NCBI GenBank assembly: GCA_051294375.1
Contig: CM119270.1
Location: 13,867,316-13,931,315 of the forward strand
Origin: Paraspadella gotoi
Taxonomy: Eukaryota > Animalia > Chaetognatha
Reading direction: 5' to 3'
DNA: 64,000 nucleotides
Shown here piece by piece: positions 14,036 through 27,900 of the stretch (position 1 is the first letter of the stretch; each line of letters starts with the position of its first letter). Both the position numbers and the translations under genes were made by a program. A model generated the notes under the pieces. It did not search any database. It was not told the DNA's origin and worked only from the letters and a program-made list of their open reading frames with translations.

Positions 14036-15805
14036 CAAGAGTCGCTCTCGAAGTGGATGTGCCCCAATAAAACGAAAGGAATCTTCTTTACGCTGAAAAG
14101 AGTTGTGACTGCACAAACAGTTCTTCCAAAATTTTAATCTCTTTCTCTCATTCTTTCTTTGTCACGGCAGCGTTGTTAAAGCTCGTGAGAAATCGTCAGG
14201 TGCCGTTGCGGTGCTGGTTTTTGTCTCGCGTCTCGTCGTTTCGTCATAAGCATCGGGATTTAAAACGCATTTCTGACTGTTTGGGACTCTGGATTTAGAA
14301 CGAAATTTTCGAATTATTCGGGGTTCGGGATTTAAAAAGAAGCATATTGGATTATTTGCGGTTCAATTTAGAAGAATAAAAAAAAACTTTAAAAACTATT
14401 TTTCGTCACAGGATTTTTTGAAATATATTTTGAACCTCATTTCGTATTTAGATTTAATTTATAAGCCATTTTAATTAATTTAAAGAACAAAATTTTTGAA
14501 GTTAGAAACAAAGGATTTGAAATAGGCTTCAGCATTAAACCGTTTGGGACTCATTTGAATGCGGAGGAAATAAAAAGCCTCTTTTTTTTTCTTGGTCTTG
14601 TAAACTACTTTTTTTTCCAAGCTAAAAGTTGAACAAAGAAAGTTCGATGTCTCCTGTGTTCCCTCCATTTCGCCAATCTCTCTCTCTCTCTCACTCACAC
14701 TTGATTTCAATGCGATAACGAGTCCCGCGGTGCAAAGAAAAAAAGTCTCTCTCTCTCTCTCACCCGTTTGATTTTAAGGCTTTGCCTTTTATTTCTCTTC
14801 GCCTTTTCTTTCCTTTTTAATTTTTCATTCGGTTTTTACGTGGGATTCACTTTAACGCAGAATTCTTGTCACAAATTCCCTCAGTGGGGCTCCGGCGAGA
14901 AAGAGAGAGAGAGAGAGCTTCTCGAACAAAGGAAGTTTAAAAAGAAGATCAAGACGATCTTCTCTCGCTCTCTCGCTCTCCTCTCAACCTGTCAGGTTCA
15001 CACACACACAACTCTTTCTCTCCACCTTTTTTTTCCTCAAAAATCCTTGAGACCAGTCTTTTTTTTTTTTTACCTTCCCCTTTTTCCTTCTTTTAAATTC
15101 AGCCGGAATTCAAATGAACCAACTTTTTTTTTCTTATTGTCGAGAATTCTTTTTTTTTGCCTTCCTCTCACCCCCCCCCCTTCTTCCCTCCCTTACCCTC
15201 CCTCGCCTCACACCTCTCCAAAAAACATTTCGAGCATTCCTTCTATCACCCATCACGGCTCCCACCTTACCTCTGGCTTTAACTATTAGCATTACAAAGG
15301 CCTCACTTAGCCCTTACCCTTTTTTTCCCTCTTCCTCTTCCCCTAATGATGAAATGTCCTCAACTTGTTTATGGTCACTCGACCGGCGTTTGGGGCCAAA
15401 CCTTCTCACGGGAATTTCGCTCTCTCTCTCCTCTCTTCTCTCTCTCTCTTCTCTCTCCGCCCTGACTCGGAGCTGGAGTATATTCTCAATTTATTGCTTC
15501 TTTCGTTTTTTTTTTTTTTGATGATTTTTTGCGCATGAAGACGAAGATGACGTTTCGAGGAAAAACTGAGCGTCTTCATCCATGATGAAAGAAATATTAT
15601 AAGCTCCTTTCCTGACTGCCAATTCCACTCTCTACATCTTCGGAACTACAGCTTTGCTTTCGACTTTTTCGCCCCCAAGTCCGACCTCCCTTCTGCCCTG
15701 ATTATGAGCCCTAATTTTTAATGACGTCAAAAAGCCTTTTGTGTCTAGCGTGAGACCGGCTGAGTCGTCGTAAGGGTGCTACCTGGCCACAAATTTTCTC
15801 CACGC

Positions 15806-15858
<53 letters not shown>

Positions 15859-18800
15859 TCCAGTCGGAATTTTCATTATTTTCTTCTTCCGTGGAAATTC
15901 GATATTATTTGTTCATTCTTGAATATTTCGAGAGAGAAAGAGAGAGAGAGAGAGCTCTTCTCTCCTTCCTCTGAAAGAGTCAATGTCGTAAGATCGTGTT
16001 ATTTCAGTTTTTCCTTAATTTTTTTCCCCCCTTAATTTTTTCCACCGGCGCACAAGGCTGAGAACTGTTGTTGCTGCCGCCGCTGAAATTTCGCTGCGCC
16101 GCCGCGGCGGTTCGGCCGAGCCGGTTTTTTTTTCCGCAGCTTCCTTCGTCCCGATCTTTTTCTCACAAGTTTTGTTAGGAAAATGAACTCCCCTCGGTTT
16201 TCGGGCCGTCCGACTGCCAAATAGACCGGGCAATACACCGGGCAATACACGACATTCTCTCCCGCTTTTCCCTTCTTTTCTGCCCATTCCTTCTTTAACT
16301 TTCGAAACCTTAACTCGCAGAAACTTAATGTGCACAAAATATGACACTTGGTTTTCCGCGCGTAATTCGAGCTTTTTTCTTCTTTTTTTTTTTTGCGCAA
16401 CGGCGTCGAGAATCTTTGCGCATTAAACGTTTTTATTTTTTTTTTTCATTTATATTACACCTCGTGTTTGATCAGCAGAAGAAAGGGAAAAAGCCGTTTC
16501 TCATCTTGAGGGGAGGGCTGCCTATAGTCGGGAGAGACTCGTTGATGTTTCCCTGCGCTAAAAGGGTTTTTCGTTTTTTTTTTTCTGTGTAAATTCGATC
16601 CTTTTGTCAGAAGGAAAAAAGAAAAAAAAAATCTTTTTCTCGAGGGAATAAATCGCTTTCTTTTTTTTTCTTCTTCGTTTCTTTTCAGAATATTGGACGA
16701 CGAATTGCTCTTTTTACAAGGAGGGAAAAAAGATTTTAAACTTTTGACTATATACTTTTTTTAAAAATTTTTGGTGGGATCGTTTAGAGAACTTTTACGT
16801 GTATCGTAACTTTTTTCGTGGGAGTTTGTCTAAGAAAATTAGTTGGTGTACTTGATGAGGTATATTGTACAAAGTACAATATTTTCTGTATAAAATCTTT
16901 GTTCGTAGTGACTTAACGTATATTTACAAGAAAAAAGAGACCACAGTCATCTTAAACTTCCTAAATTTACAAACATCTATCGATCGGCTCGTTACTTTTC
17001 CCGTTATAATTCCTTCCGTGCTAACTTTTTATCGCAACATCTACTTCACGCCCCCCCCTTTTTCACAGGATCCCGCCCCGAGCTGATCACGCGCATGGCG
17101 GCGACGCGAACTCTTCGCAAAGGCGACACCTGGGTCGACGAGACGCATCGCGACGGCGCCATCTCGCTCGACTTCTCCTATCGCTTCGTCTGCCAGCCCA
17201 ACTACTACGGCGAGAAATGCAAGGATTACTGCCGACCGCGTGACGACAACCACGGGCACTACGACTGCAGCGCCAACGGCACCAAAGTCTGCAAGACCGG
17301 CTGGACGGGCGAATTCTGCAACATCGGTGAGTCGACGAATTCGAAAAGAGTTCGGGGGTTTGGAAATGGGAAGGGGGGGGTAGGAAAAGAGTCGTTGCTC
17401 CAAGCCTCGGGTTACAATTTGAAAGTCGGAACAATGGAAGATACAGTCTTCTCGACTGAAGGCTGGCCTCTTCGATCCTTCGCACGCGATGCGTCAGCGA
17501 CGGGGTTCGAGAATCGTGTGACCAGCCAAATTTTTTTTTATGAGCAGATTTGAAAACCCCGAACCGTTTGTCCGCTGCCATTGAAGCGTCTCGTCAGAGA
17601 CGGCGACCAAGAAAGGAAAAACTCAGATCCGATCTCTAATTCGATCGCGTAATTTCGAAACCGTTGCTAGGCGATCAGAGTTTATCGGATTTCGGGGAGG
17701 AAAAATTAATTCTTTCCGTCAAAAAACTTTCGTTTTTTTTTCGGGAGTATTATCTGCGGTCGGATGAGTAAAGCCTTCCCTTGGGGAAGGGGTTGTGGGG
17801 GGGGGAGAGGAAAAATGAAAAATGAGCAGGGGAAAACAATATTACATTCCATCCGAAGATTAAATGTGCCTTTCGACGTTTCAAATCCCATACTTTAACA
17901 CACGCAGGATAATTAGTTTTGAAAAGACAAATCCCTCTTCGAAGCTGAAAAATAAAAGAACTAATCCAAGAAGTTCTTATGGAAACTTGGCATAAAATGG
18001 GGCGAGAGATGACAGAGTAGAGAGAGAAGAAGAAGAAGAAGAAGAAGAATCGCCTTTTTGAAGCTCGTCCTTTGCTTCAGGCAGGATCCCTTGCCCGCTT
18101 ACGTGTTCTCTCCTCTAAAACAGACAAATCTTGAAAGAAAGACGAGAATCTTGAGAAAAAAAAAGAGGAAAATGTTTTTGGCTTTAATGAAAAAAATAAA
18201 TGGGTCAACGACCCGAGAGAGGACAAAACGTTATCGAAATTCAGTTTAATTTAAAAAAAAGAGGAAAAAGGGGGGGGAGCGGGAAAGGAAGTGAAAAAAC
18301 AAATTTCCTTTTTCTCCCTATTTTTTTTGTTTCGTCGGACCTTGTAATAAATCATTCCCCCCCCCGTTTTCCTTTCTCTTTCAGCCATCTGCCTGGAGGA
18401 ATGCTCGACGGAGCACGGTTATTGCGAAGAACCCAATCAGTGCAAGTAAGAATTTTCGTCGATGAAATAACTCGAGGCCGCCCCCTCCCCCCTTATTTTT
18501 TGTCCGGTGGCCTCATTTCTTGTGTTTCGGACTGAATGGAATGCGTTGAAAGGATGTGTGTGTGTGCGCGCTCAACCGATTCCATTCACGAGCCCCGTTC
18601 CTCTTTTATAATATTTTTTTTTATTCGCTTTTGAATTTTGAGCTGTTCTTCTGTTCGAGGGAAACAAAGCATTTTTTTTTTTCGTCTTTTTTGATGCATC
18701 GACGGTTCAACTGCGTCAGTCAAGGTTTTTTTTTCCCTGACTGGCGGCCAAATGTCGCGGAATTCCCGCTTTAGCGAGAGAGAGAGAGAGAGACGCAGAC

Positions 18801-19104
18801 GCTTCGAAAAGATTGGCGCGCTCGTAACTTTATTTCTCTTCTCTTCCGATCGACGAAAGCCCCCCCCCCAATTTCGGGTCCTTTCATTTCTCTTCTTCCG
18901 TTCCAAATCGGGATCTTGATTAAAAATTTCGTCACAATTTCCCGAAACCCGCTGAAAGAGAGAGAAAGAGAGAGAGACAGAGAAACAAAACCCCTTAGGA
19001 ATCCATTTTGCGGGAAACGAAGCTCTTATGCAAGGCTTTTCTCCCTCGTCGTTATTGTCGTAGGTGATTTTCCTTAGTTTTTTTTTTTTTCTTTTTTGTT
19101 TTTC

Positions 19105-19165
<61 letters not shown>

Positions 19166-19698
19166 GCGCTGAGAAATCCTCTTTAAGGGCATTACCTCCT
19201 TACCTCGCCTTACCCGTCTCATGCAAAGGGGTCTTCCCTTCCTCTCGACCGCAGTCGCCGCTTCCACAACCTCCTAACTCCCCCCCCACTCCACCCCATA
19301 TAAGAAAATGTTTGCGTCCGAGTTTTCCAGAATGACGTCTTCACTCCTTGTTTAAATTTCCCCGTTATACGTTTGTAGGGCCAAGTTTACTGATAACTTT
19401 CCTTTCCCTTACAAACTTGACGAAACAAAGTTTCCGTTTGACAAAGTCTCCGATCCGGCGACTGGCGACGGGAAATAAATAACGCGAAGTGGGGATTAGG
19501 GCTCGACGCGAAGGTTCTTAGAGAGGAGAGAGAGTGCGAGAGCGAGAGCGAGAGACGGAGAGACTCTAAATTGGTCCTTCCGTTGTTACCGTTTCCCGCC
19601 CCCGAAGCGCCCTCGAGGCGGCGGTGCCCGAATTCTTGGGCAGTGGATCGGGTTTCTCTTCCGGACGAAAGAAACAGAAGAACAAAGCCTACGGGGCT

Positions 19699-19757
<59 letters not shown>

Positions 19758-21889
19758 CGAAAACTAGCTGAAATAGGCTTACCTCTCTCTCCCCTCTTTG
19801 ATATTTTGGCAACCTTTTCCTCTTCATTATTTTTCTCTGAATAATTTGATACTGTTAGTTTTTTTCGTTTTTGTTTTACTGTTTTGTTTTGGTTTAAATT
19901 TAAATTTCCTTTTTCTCCAGTTTTTTTAATTTTTTTTTGTTTTTTTGATTAACGTGAGAATTTTTTTTCGGACGGGCGGACCGCTCTGTGTGAAAACTCT
20001 TTATTCCGATTAAGAAACATTCATTCCTTGTTTGTTTTGAAATAAACATTTTATACGGCTTAACCTTTGGACTGGTAAAATTGAGAACCGTTTTTAAGAA
20101 TCACGAGCGCGTAACAAGCGCAGCGTAGCGTAGCCTGTCGCCTTTCTTTAGAAAGTCTGTTGTGAAAAAATTCTGGATTATTGGTCATTCGGTGAACGAA
20201 TCTCACAAAATGACGCGTGGCTGTGAAAACGATTAAAGGCAAGCAAGGGGGGAGGTGGGAGTTGAAGAAACGGTCGATCAAAGGATTTCCCCTTAATCGA
20301 TCTTCTTCGGCAAATCGTCACGAATCTCAGGATGAAAGTGAAATCGAGGCGAAAGGATCGAAAAAACAAAAGTGCAACGGCAGAGATGCGAATAAAACTC
20401 AAGGACTAGATATAAAGATAGGCTTTATTTATTCTCAATGAGACCATCAGATTAGGATCAGACCTCGGCATCAGATTTTGCATTCTCATTCCAGAGTCGC
20501 AATTTCTATTTTCCCTTCTATTTTCCCCTGTTACACTTTTCTCTCCCTCGTTTTTCGTGTCACTGTTCTTTCGCTTCCCCGCCGCGCCGCTTCGTTGTCG
20601 TCTTGTCTCGATACTAAGGTCAAGGAAAGGAGACGACCAACGGCGACCCTGCGCGCCTCTGCGTGTCTCAAAACTCCCCTACTTTTCTCCTTACCCCACT
20701 TAACCCGAAATGGAAGAAGGATATCTTCATTGCCGGGCGGACTATTTTTCGGGGGGAAAAAGTGTGCAGCGCACGAGCGCCATGAAAATCTTTTTCATTG
20801 ACGAAAAAACGAAAAAAAACCGTTTTTTTAGAGTTTTACTCTTGTTTCTTTCTCAACTCAATCGGCCGTAAATCATTCGTTCAAATTGTATTCTCTCCAT
20901 TCTTCCGATTCAGTTTTTACTCAGGCCGTATAATTATGTATGAACGATATATATAAACGTCCCACGATTCTTAAGGAATTTTTTTTCCTTCGATTTTTTT
21001 TTACTTAGCCATCCCCCCTCCCCCCTTTTCAAGAGAGAGAAAAAAAGAGAGAGAGAGAGAGAGATTGTCGTTTTTCCCACTCTCTTCGGATTTCAGGCGC
21101 TTTACTACCTTTTTTTTTCTTCTCCCTCTTTTTTGAGGCAGTTATTTAAAAAAAAAAAAATTAATATCCTGTTTCCTAGCCTCGATCCCGATCTCCTTTT
21201 CTACCGTTTAAATCCAGAAGAAGGAAATTCAGTTAGTAGAGAGATAGAGAGAGAGAGAGAGCGATAGTTAGATAAAGCTAAAACTGAATTAATCGCCCTT
21301 CGTGTCGATCTGGCCCCTCGGATTTTTGTCCTTTTTTCGATTTCGATCATAGGATGGGTTTCTCGCGATTTTAGGGTAATAAATCAGGAAGAACCTAAAA
21401 TTCTATTTATATGAGATATATATATAAACTTTGCTAACTTCTTTTTGTTACTCTTTAAATCTTGTCGTTGTTGTTGATTCCAGTCAAGCAAGGTCCTTGT
21501 GATTGTCAAGCACTCTCGTTTGGAACTGGTCCCCGCACGCGTAAGAAAGGCTTGGTACTTTAATTTATTACTTTTAATAATAATAAGAACAAAAGCTATC
21601 GTCTAAGTGTAACGGTTAAGAAATGACGAACGCTATTAATGTTAGTCTAAGACTTTAAAGTTTTATGACAATGAGCCTTTGTTGTGGCGAACGGAAGGCC
21701 AGTCACTGTCGAGTGTCAATTGATTCAGACAAAGCGAGTTTCTAGAGAACAGAATTCTTTATATATCTCACTATATCCGAGTGTCGCCAGTCAATGATTA
21801 CTTCGCCCACTGGATTGATTGAAGAAACGGTTTGAGTCGGCGACCGAAGGCGGTTCCGCTCGGCAGAATGCGTTGCGTGCATCCACGAG

Positions 21890-21939
<50 letters not shown>

Positions 21940-24900
21940 AAGACAGAAACAGCCCTTTTTATTGTCTTCCGAGAACAAAGTACAAAAGAGTAGGGTTGGC
22001 TGCCATCGAATCTCTTATAAATTTTTTTTTATTCTAAGTTCATTCATCATCCAAAAATTGATTTTTTCTCTCTCCGCTTCCCCCCCCTCTTCTCTTGAAA
22101 TGCATTCTCTACGAATGTCGGATGCCAACGGATGCAATCGGTACGGGGGGATGCATTGTTTGCATCTTCGATCCGTTTTCGCCTCCATTCTAGAAATTTC
22201 GATAGAGAGAAAGAAAAAAAAATGAAAACAATAACAAAAAAAAAAACACGAAAACAGAAATGGCAGATGGACTTGGACGAAACAAGGAATCGATATTCGG
22301 TGACATTCGATCCGCTTATTATATTTTCTTTCTCCTTTTCACGATTTTTAAATGCGTAAAACTCGAAATCTCGGCCACGTTCGCCACTAGAGACACAAAG
22401 TATCGATTTTATATAGTTTTTACTCCCATCCTTCGCCTCGCGCCGTCTCCTTCTCTCTCTCGCTCCGTCTCCTTCTCTCTCTCGCTCCGTCTCCTTCTCT
22501 CTCTCGCTCCGTCTCCTTCTCTCTCTCGCTCCGTCTCCTTCTCTCTCTCGCTCCCCTCTCCCTCTCTTCTCGCGCGCGCACGAAAGCAAACAACCTCGTT
22601 TTCTCTGCGCAGGAGCAGTATTTTCTCTTTTTTTTTATACTCTCTCTCTCTCTCTCTATTTTCTCTCTCTCGCTCTCGCTCTCTCTCTCTCTCTCGCTCT
22701 CTCTCCCTCCCTCTCCGGGACGAACGGACAGCGATTCGAGGTTCGATGAAACACGATACAGTGGACGCGGCTTCGTGCGAATCCGAGATACCGAAGTCCC
22801 GAGATGCAGAAATGTTCTCGCTCCGCCGATTCCTCGTTACAACCCGCGTCTCATTTCGCTTTCCCCCCCCACCCCCCCTCAAAATCCTCGCATCCTTTTC
22901 CATCCTCAATTTCCTTCTTCTTTCCATTTTTTCTACTTCTTTTTCTTTTCTTCTTTTATCACTCGTGCGTGGATACGGTTGTTGCGCCAATATAGATATT
23001 ATATATATACATATAGATATAGACGAGCTTTTTGATGTTGCGGTTGATGCGGACGATCGTGACGGATGTTTAAGAGAGAACGTCGATGTTTCCAGTTGCA
23101 ATTCGATCGCTGCGACTTACCCTTTACTTTCTCTTTTTTCCCCCCCAACCAGATGTCGTCCTGGATGGAAGGGACGCTTCTGCACGGAATGCATGCTTTA
23201 TCCTGGATGCGACAAAGGCACCTGCGTTAAGGCCTACGATTGCATCTGCGACCCGGGCTGGGGCGGCATGTTCTGCAACCAAGGTGAGCTCGAATATCAA
23301 TGAGAAGAACGTGGGGAAATTAACTTGCTGCTGAATGATATTAGATTTCCTCCCCTTTTCTTTTATCCGTATTTTCGCCTTTTATTTTCTCATAATATTT
23401 TTAATAAAAAAATAAATTTCCCTCTTCGGAGCCTGCAATGAGAGAGGGGCCCCGACGCAACAACGCGCAAACGAGGCTCCTCAAGGATTTTTCGGGCTTT
23501 GACGACCACCTGGTCTCCGATTTCGAACCCCGTCTCCTTTTTCTCCTTTTCCTTTCTATTTTTCCTTTTCTNNNNNNNNNNATTAGTTTTCGGTGATCAT
23601 CCATCAATTCTACGAGGATGAAACCTCGAACAACTAAAAATACCCACGTCTCAAACCGGGAATCCCATCTTAATGTCGACTCAGTTAATCATCCCGATAA
23701 TTCATCCCTCTTAAGTCTTAACACTTCTTCCCTTCATATATATATATATATCTTTTTTTTTACTCGATCCTTTTTCTCTTTTTCTCCAGATTTGAACTAC
23801 TGCACCCACAACAAGCCATGCCAGAACGGAGGCACCTGCATCAACTCTGGCCAGGGAGGATTCACCTGCCAATGCCCCGACGGGTACAAGGGAGACAGAT
23901 GCGAAGTACTCATTCCCGACGTCACCTGCCGATTGCAGGATTGCTTGAACAACGGGGAATGCAAAGTGAGTGCGTCCTTGCGAATGTGGGGGGGGGGAGA
24001 GGGAGAGAAAGGGAGAGCTAAACCACTCGAACCTTAGTGACTCTAACGTTTATCGTAAATGTGACCATAAATCGGACTCGTGAAACACTGAACGACCTTT
24101 AAGCTCTTTTCGAAGAGATTAAATTATAAACGATCTTGGTTTGACTTATAAAAAAAAAGTTTTGAAACTTTTCTCTCCCTCGCACTGTTTCGATAACATT
24201 ACCTGTACCGAAACTACCCTTCAAATGATAAGTCATCATCATCTTCCCCATCATCGATGATTTTTACGAACGAGCTCTGTATATATTTTTTTTTTCGTAC
24301 TAGCATCCTTTCATTTTTTGACTAATGAAAAAAAAATTTACACGTAACCGGGATTTACAAATCATCCTTTTGGCCAAATTTTTTTCACAAAACTTAATCG
24401 CCTTCGTCGAAATTTCTTCTTTTTTTTTCGTGAATTGTTCTTCTTTTTTTCCTGATTTTTTTTTTCTTTTGACGAGGAAAGGTTTCAGCTCGCGGCCCTC
24501 TAGCGGGAATGAGAGGGAAGTAGTGGAGAGTGGATTTTTGAGTTAGACTTGTATATGTACAATGTCGCTTAGTTCCCATTTCGTTAGTTAAATAAGTTTC
24601 TGAAACCTTTAGCGCCGTTGCGCTCGAGCAAAGAAAGTTCGACTTAAAGCCTGGAGGGTTGCAGATCTAAGGCGATGAGCCAACTGGAGCAGGGATGTTG
24701 AAGGGGGGAAGCGTTTGGAGGGCGAGTGAGATCGGATGCACTAGATCGGTTTTCGAAACTTACGAAATTACGTCGAGCCGAGGATTTTTAGGGGGAAAAA
24801 ATGGAGAAAAAAAAAGGAAAAACGGGGAATTTTGGGCCCCCAATGGGGAAGGGTGGAAAGAGAGCGGGGAAAACCGTAGCGTAGCGATGGAGATTTCTAA

Positions 24901-27900
24901 CTCAGTTACGACTAAAATACTTGTATCGAGGAAATTACGCGGCAGTTTTTTTTGGCCCAGAGAGAGAAAGTGAGAGAGAGNNNNNNNNNNAGATTTTTTT
25001 ACACTGCGAATTGTAGTGGGGAAGGAGAAATGATGAGTGAAATATCGTTTTTCGTTCAGAGAAAAAAAAAGTTGGTTCTTGATTGTTTAACTTTATTGCT
25101 GTTATGCACCGAGCCGTTTAAAAAAAACTTATTTTATCCAGACAAGGAAACCCTTGTCAGAATTACGCATATTTAATCTATTTTGACGATAATGGCATTA
25201 TACAGTACTATAGAATACTAAAGAATTAACGCAACAACTTGATAGATGGTAGAAATGGCCGCTAGTTGTTCATATTTTTTCTAGGAATACTTAAATCCTA
25301 TAATAATAAGTCGCTCAAACTAACGAGAAACATATATTTTTCTTCTCCAGGAAACATCCAGCGGCGTGGAAGAATGCGTGTGCCCGACCGGCTTCTACGG
25401 ACGCTTTTGCGAGTTGGGCGGCCTGACCTGCGAGGATCGACCGTGCCAGAACGGCGCCACTTGTGTCCCAAAACAGAGTGATGACCGTAACTCGCAGCGC
25501 GATTTCGTCTGCATGTGCCCGCCGGGCTACAACGGGTTCACTTGCGGCAACAGCGTTTGCGAAAAGAACAACCCTTGTCTCAACGGTAAGCAACGAATAA
25601 AACTGAAAATAAACATTAGAACAAACCAAAAAAAATAGAGGCTCGTTGTCGGCAAAGCTGACAAGCTTCCCATTTTTTTTTTTTTGCCGGAAACGAGAAG
25701 TCCAAATACACGCTGAAGTCTGAAGCGAAAAAAAAAAGAACAGCTTAACTAAACAAACTGCTAAAATTCCGTGTCGACGTGACCTTACGCCTCGAAAGAG
25801 AACTTTCTCTAGGACTACGTAGTATGCAACATCTACCCTATTAGGGCGGACATGGCCCCTTACCCTGTGCTTCTTTTGCCCTTGCGAAACGATAATAGTT
25901 TTCGTCTCGTGGGAAGAAGCGAGTCCGTTCCCAGCTGACGACCTCGGCTGTTTTTAGGATAGTAGGATTCGGGCTCTCGACTTCATAACAAAAACGATAA
26001 ATTAATTCGAGCGAGAGATAAAAAAAAATTAGACTGTAAATTGTAAAAATCGAGAGATAGGGAATCCGGGACGATCGTTCTTGTCAACGGTTCGTGTCGA
26101 TCGATACCAGAGTGATTTATTAGAGGGGCCCTTCAAAAGGAGGAGTGAGGACTCATTAGCGGGTTAGGGTTGGGCTTGATATATTATAATTATTATGTAA
26201 TTAAATTTATAATATAATAGTTAACGATAAGCATTACATTCAATTCTTCTTCACTTTATTCTTCTAGGCGGCAAATGTTCGACTGATGAATCAGGCGCGC
26301 CTGTCTGCCAGTGCCCGGCCGGATACGCGGGCAGCCGCTGCGGGTCTCGGCAGAGCGCGTGCTCCTCCAGTCCATGCGTCAACGGTGGAACGTGCTTCGA
26401 CCTCACCGGCGGCGGATACAAGTGCCAGTGCCCCGCTACCCATGTGGGCCGCAACTGCGAGGATAACTACCGCGCCTGCAAGATCAGGCCCTGCACCAAC
26501 GGAGGGACCTGTTACGACCTCGACGCGGGCGAATATCGCTGCCAATGCCCATCTGGCTTCACGGGAGACAAGTGCGAGAAGGACGAGGATGAGTGCGCGA
26601 ATGGCAATCCATGCGTGCACGGCACGTGTAACAACGTGCTCGGCACCTACCAGTGCGTGTGCGACGCGGGATTCACTGGCGCCAACTGCGACCAGTCGGC
26701 GGGTGTATCCATCGGGACTCCGTTGGACCAACCGAGGCCGACTTCGGAACGCTCCGTCGACGACGCCCTCACCGTGTCCGAACTCGTGGCCGTCGTCTGC
26801 CTCGGCGTCGGCGTCACTTTCGTCATCCTCGTCGTCGTCGTCTTCATTCTGTGTCGGCAGCGGCGCGCTCGGCTGCGGCAGGCGGAGGAGGTGCGGTCGC
26901 AAAACGAACGAAACGAGCGAATGAAACTCAACAATAAAACGGAAGAACTTAATCGAAACCTCGCGTTGGCGGAAAACGGAGAGGCGGCCTCAATGTTGAC
27001 TGGGGCCGGAGGCGGGTGTTGCGCCAACAACGCCGCCAATCGTCTCACGCCCACTTCCGTCTGCAACAACGTCTTCGACGACGCCAGTTCCGACGCGGCG
27101 GGCAAAGACTACGACAAGCGCGCCTTCTCTCCCAACGGCGCCGCCTTCTATCGGAAGGACGGCGTCAACCAGTCGCGATCCTCGCAGCGAGGGCGCAACT
27201 CTGTCGCGGGAACGTTGCCGCGGCTGGACAAGAACCAGCAGCAGCAACAACAGCAACAGTGCGCCCGGACGCTGGGGTCGACGGCCTCTTGCTCCGCGAC
27301 AAAGGAGCTCAGCGTCGAGCAGCTCGTCAGCAAATATCACCAGCGACCGCAGTCGTCCGTCAATGTGGCCGCGGCCGCGGAGAAAGACTCCTGCGCAGCG
27401 GCGACGACGCAGCAGCCGCGGCGCCAACAGTGCTCCTCTCCCTATGATCTCCATCGCTCCGAACTGACCAAAGTTGACAATCGCGCGGCCGCCGCGTCGG
27501 CGTCGTCCGCATCGGCGGATCACCGCTGCAGCGGCGGCGTCGGCGTCGAAGACGTCGAGGTCGGCGCCAACTTCCAAAACAACGCCCCCTGGTTGACGGG
27601 CCTTGTGGAGGCCGCCCCCGCACCCGCCCCTTTCCCCGGCGCCAACCAAAACTCGAAAAACCTTTCTCACGAAGCGGGCGCCTTTCCCGCCGACCAACCC
27701 TTCCCCGTGTTCACCATCGCGGCGCCAAGTCATCACACCCAACCCTCCTCCCTTCACTTTCCCAATCATCATCAGCACCATCACCTCCATCATCATCATC
27801 ACCACCTCCAGCCGCAGTCCCGGCCCACCTCGCCGCCGGCCAATACCCCCTACAATTCTCAGCAACAACAGCAACAACCGCAATCTCAGTTTGGCAGCGA

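Larger units (their letters stand above)
5555..22715. repeat. Numerous (GA)n/(TC)n microsatellites upstream of and inside Delta
   Basis: Examples at 5555-5610, 6886-6982, 7782-7819, 8214-8264, 11225-11256, 12100-12141, 12266-12330, 13223-13267, 13978-14032, 19107-19162, 19701-19752, 21892-21937. Confidence 0.95.

Noticed and set aside
22260-23152. 5' part of the 347-aa ORF
   Set aside because: Intronic microsatellite and 22-bp repeat read-through; only 23153-23283 is a real exon
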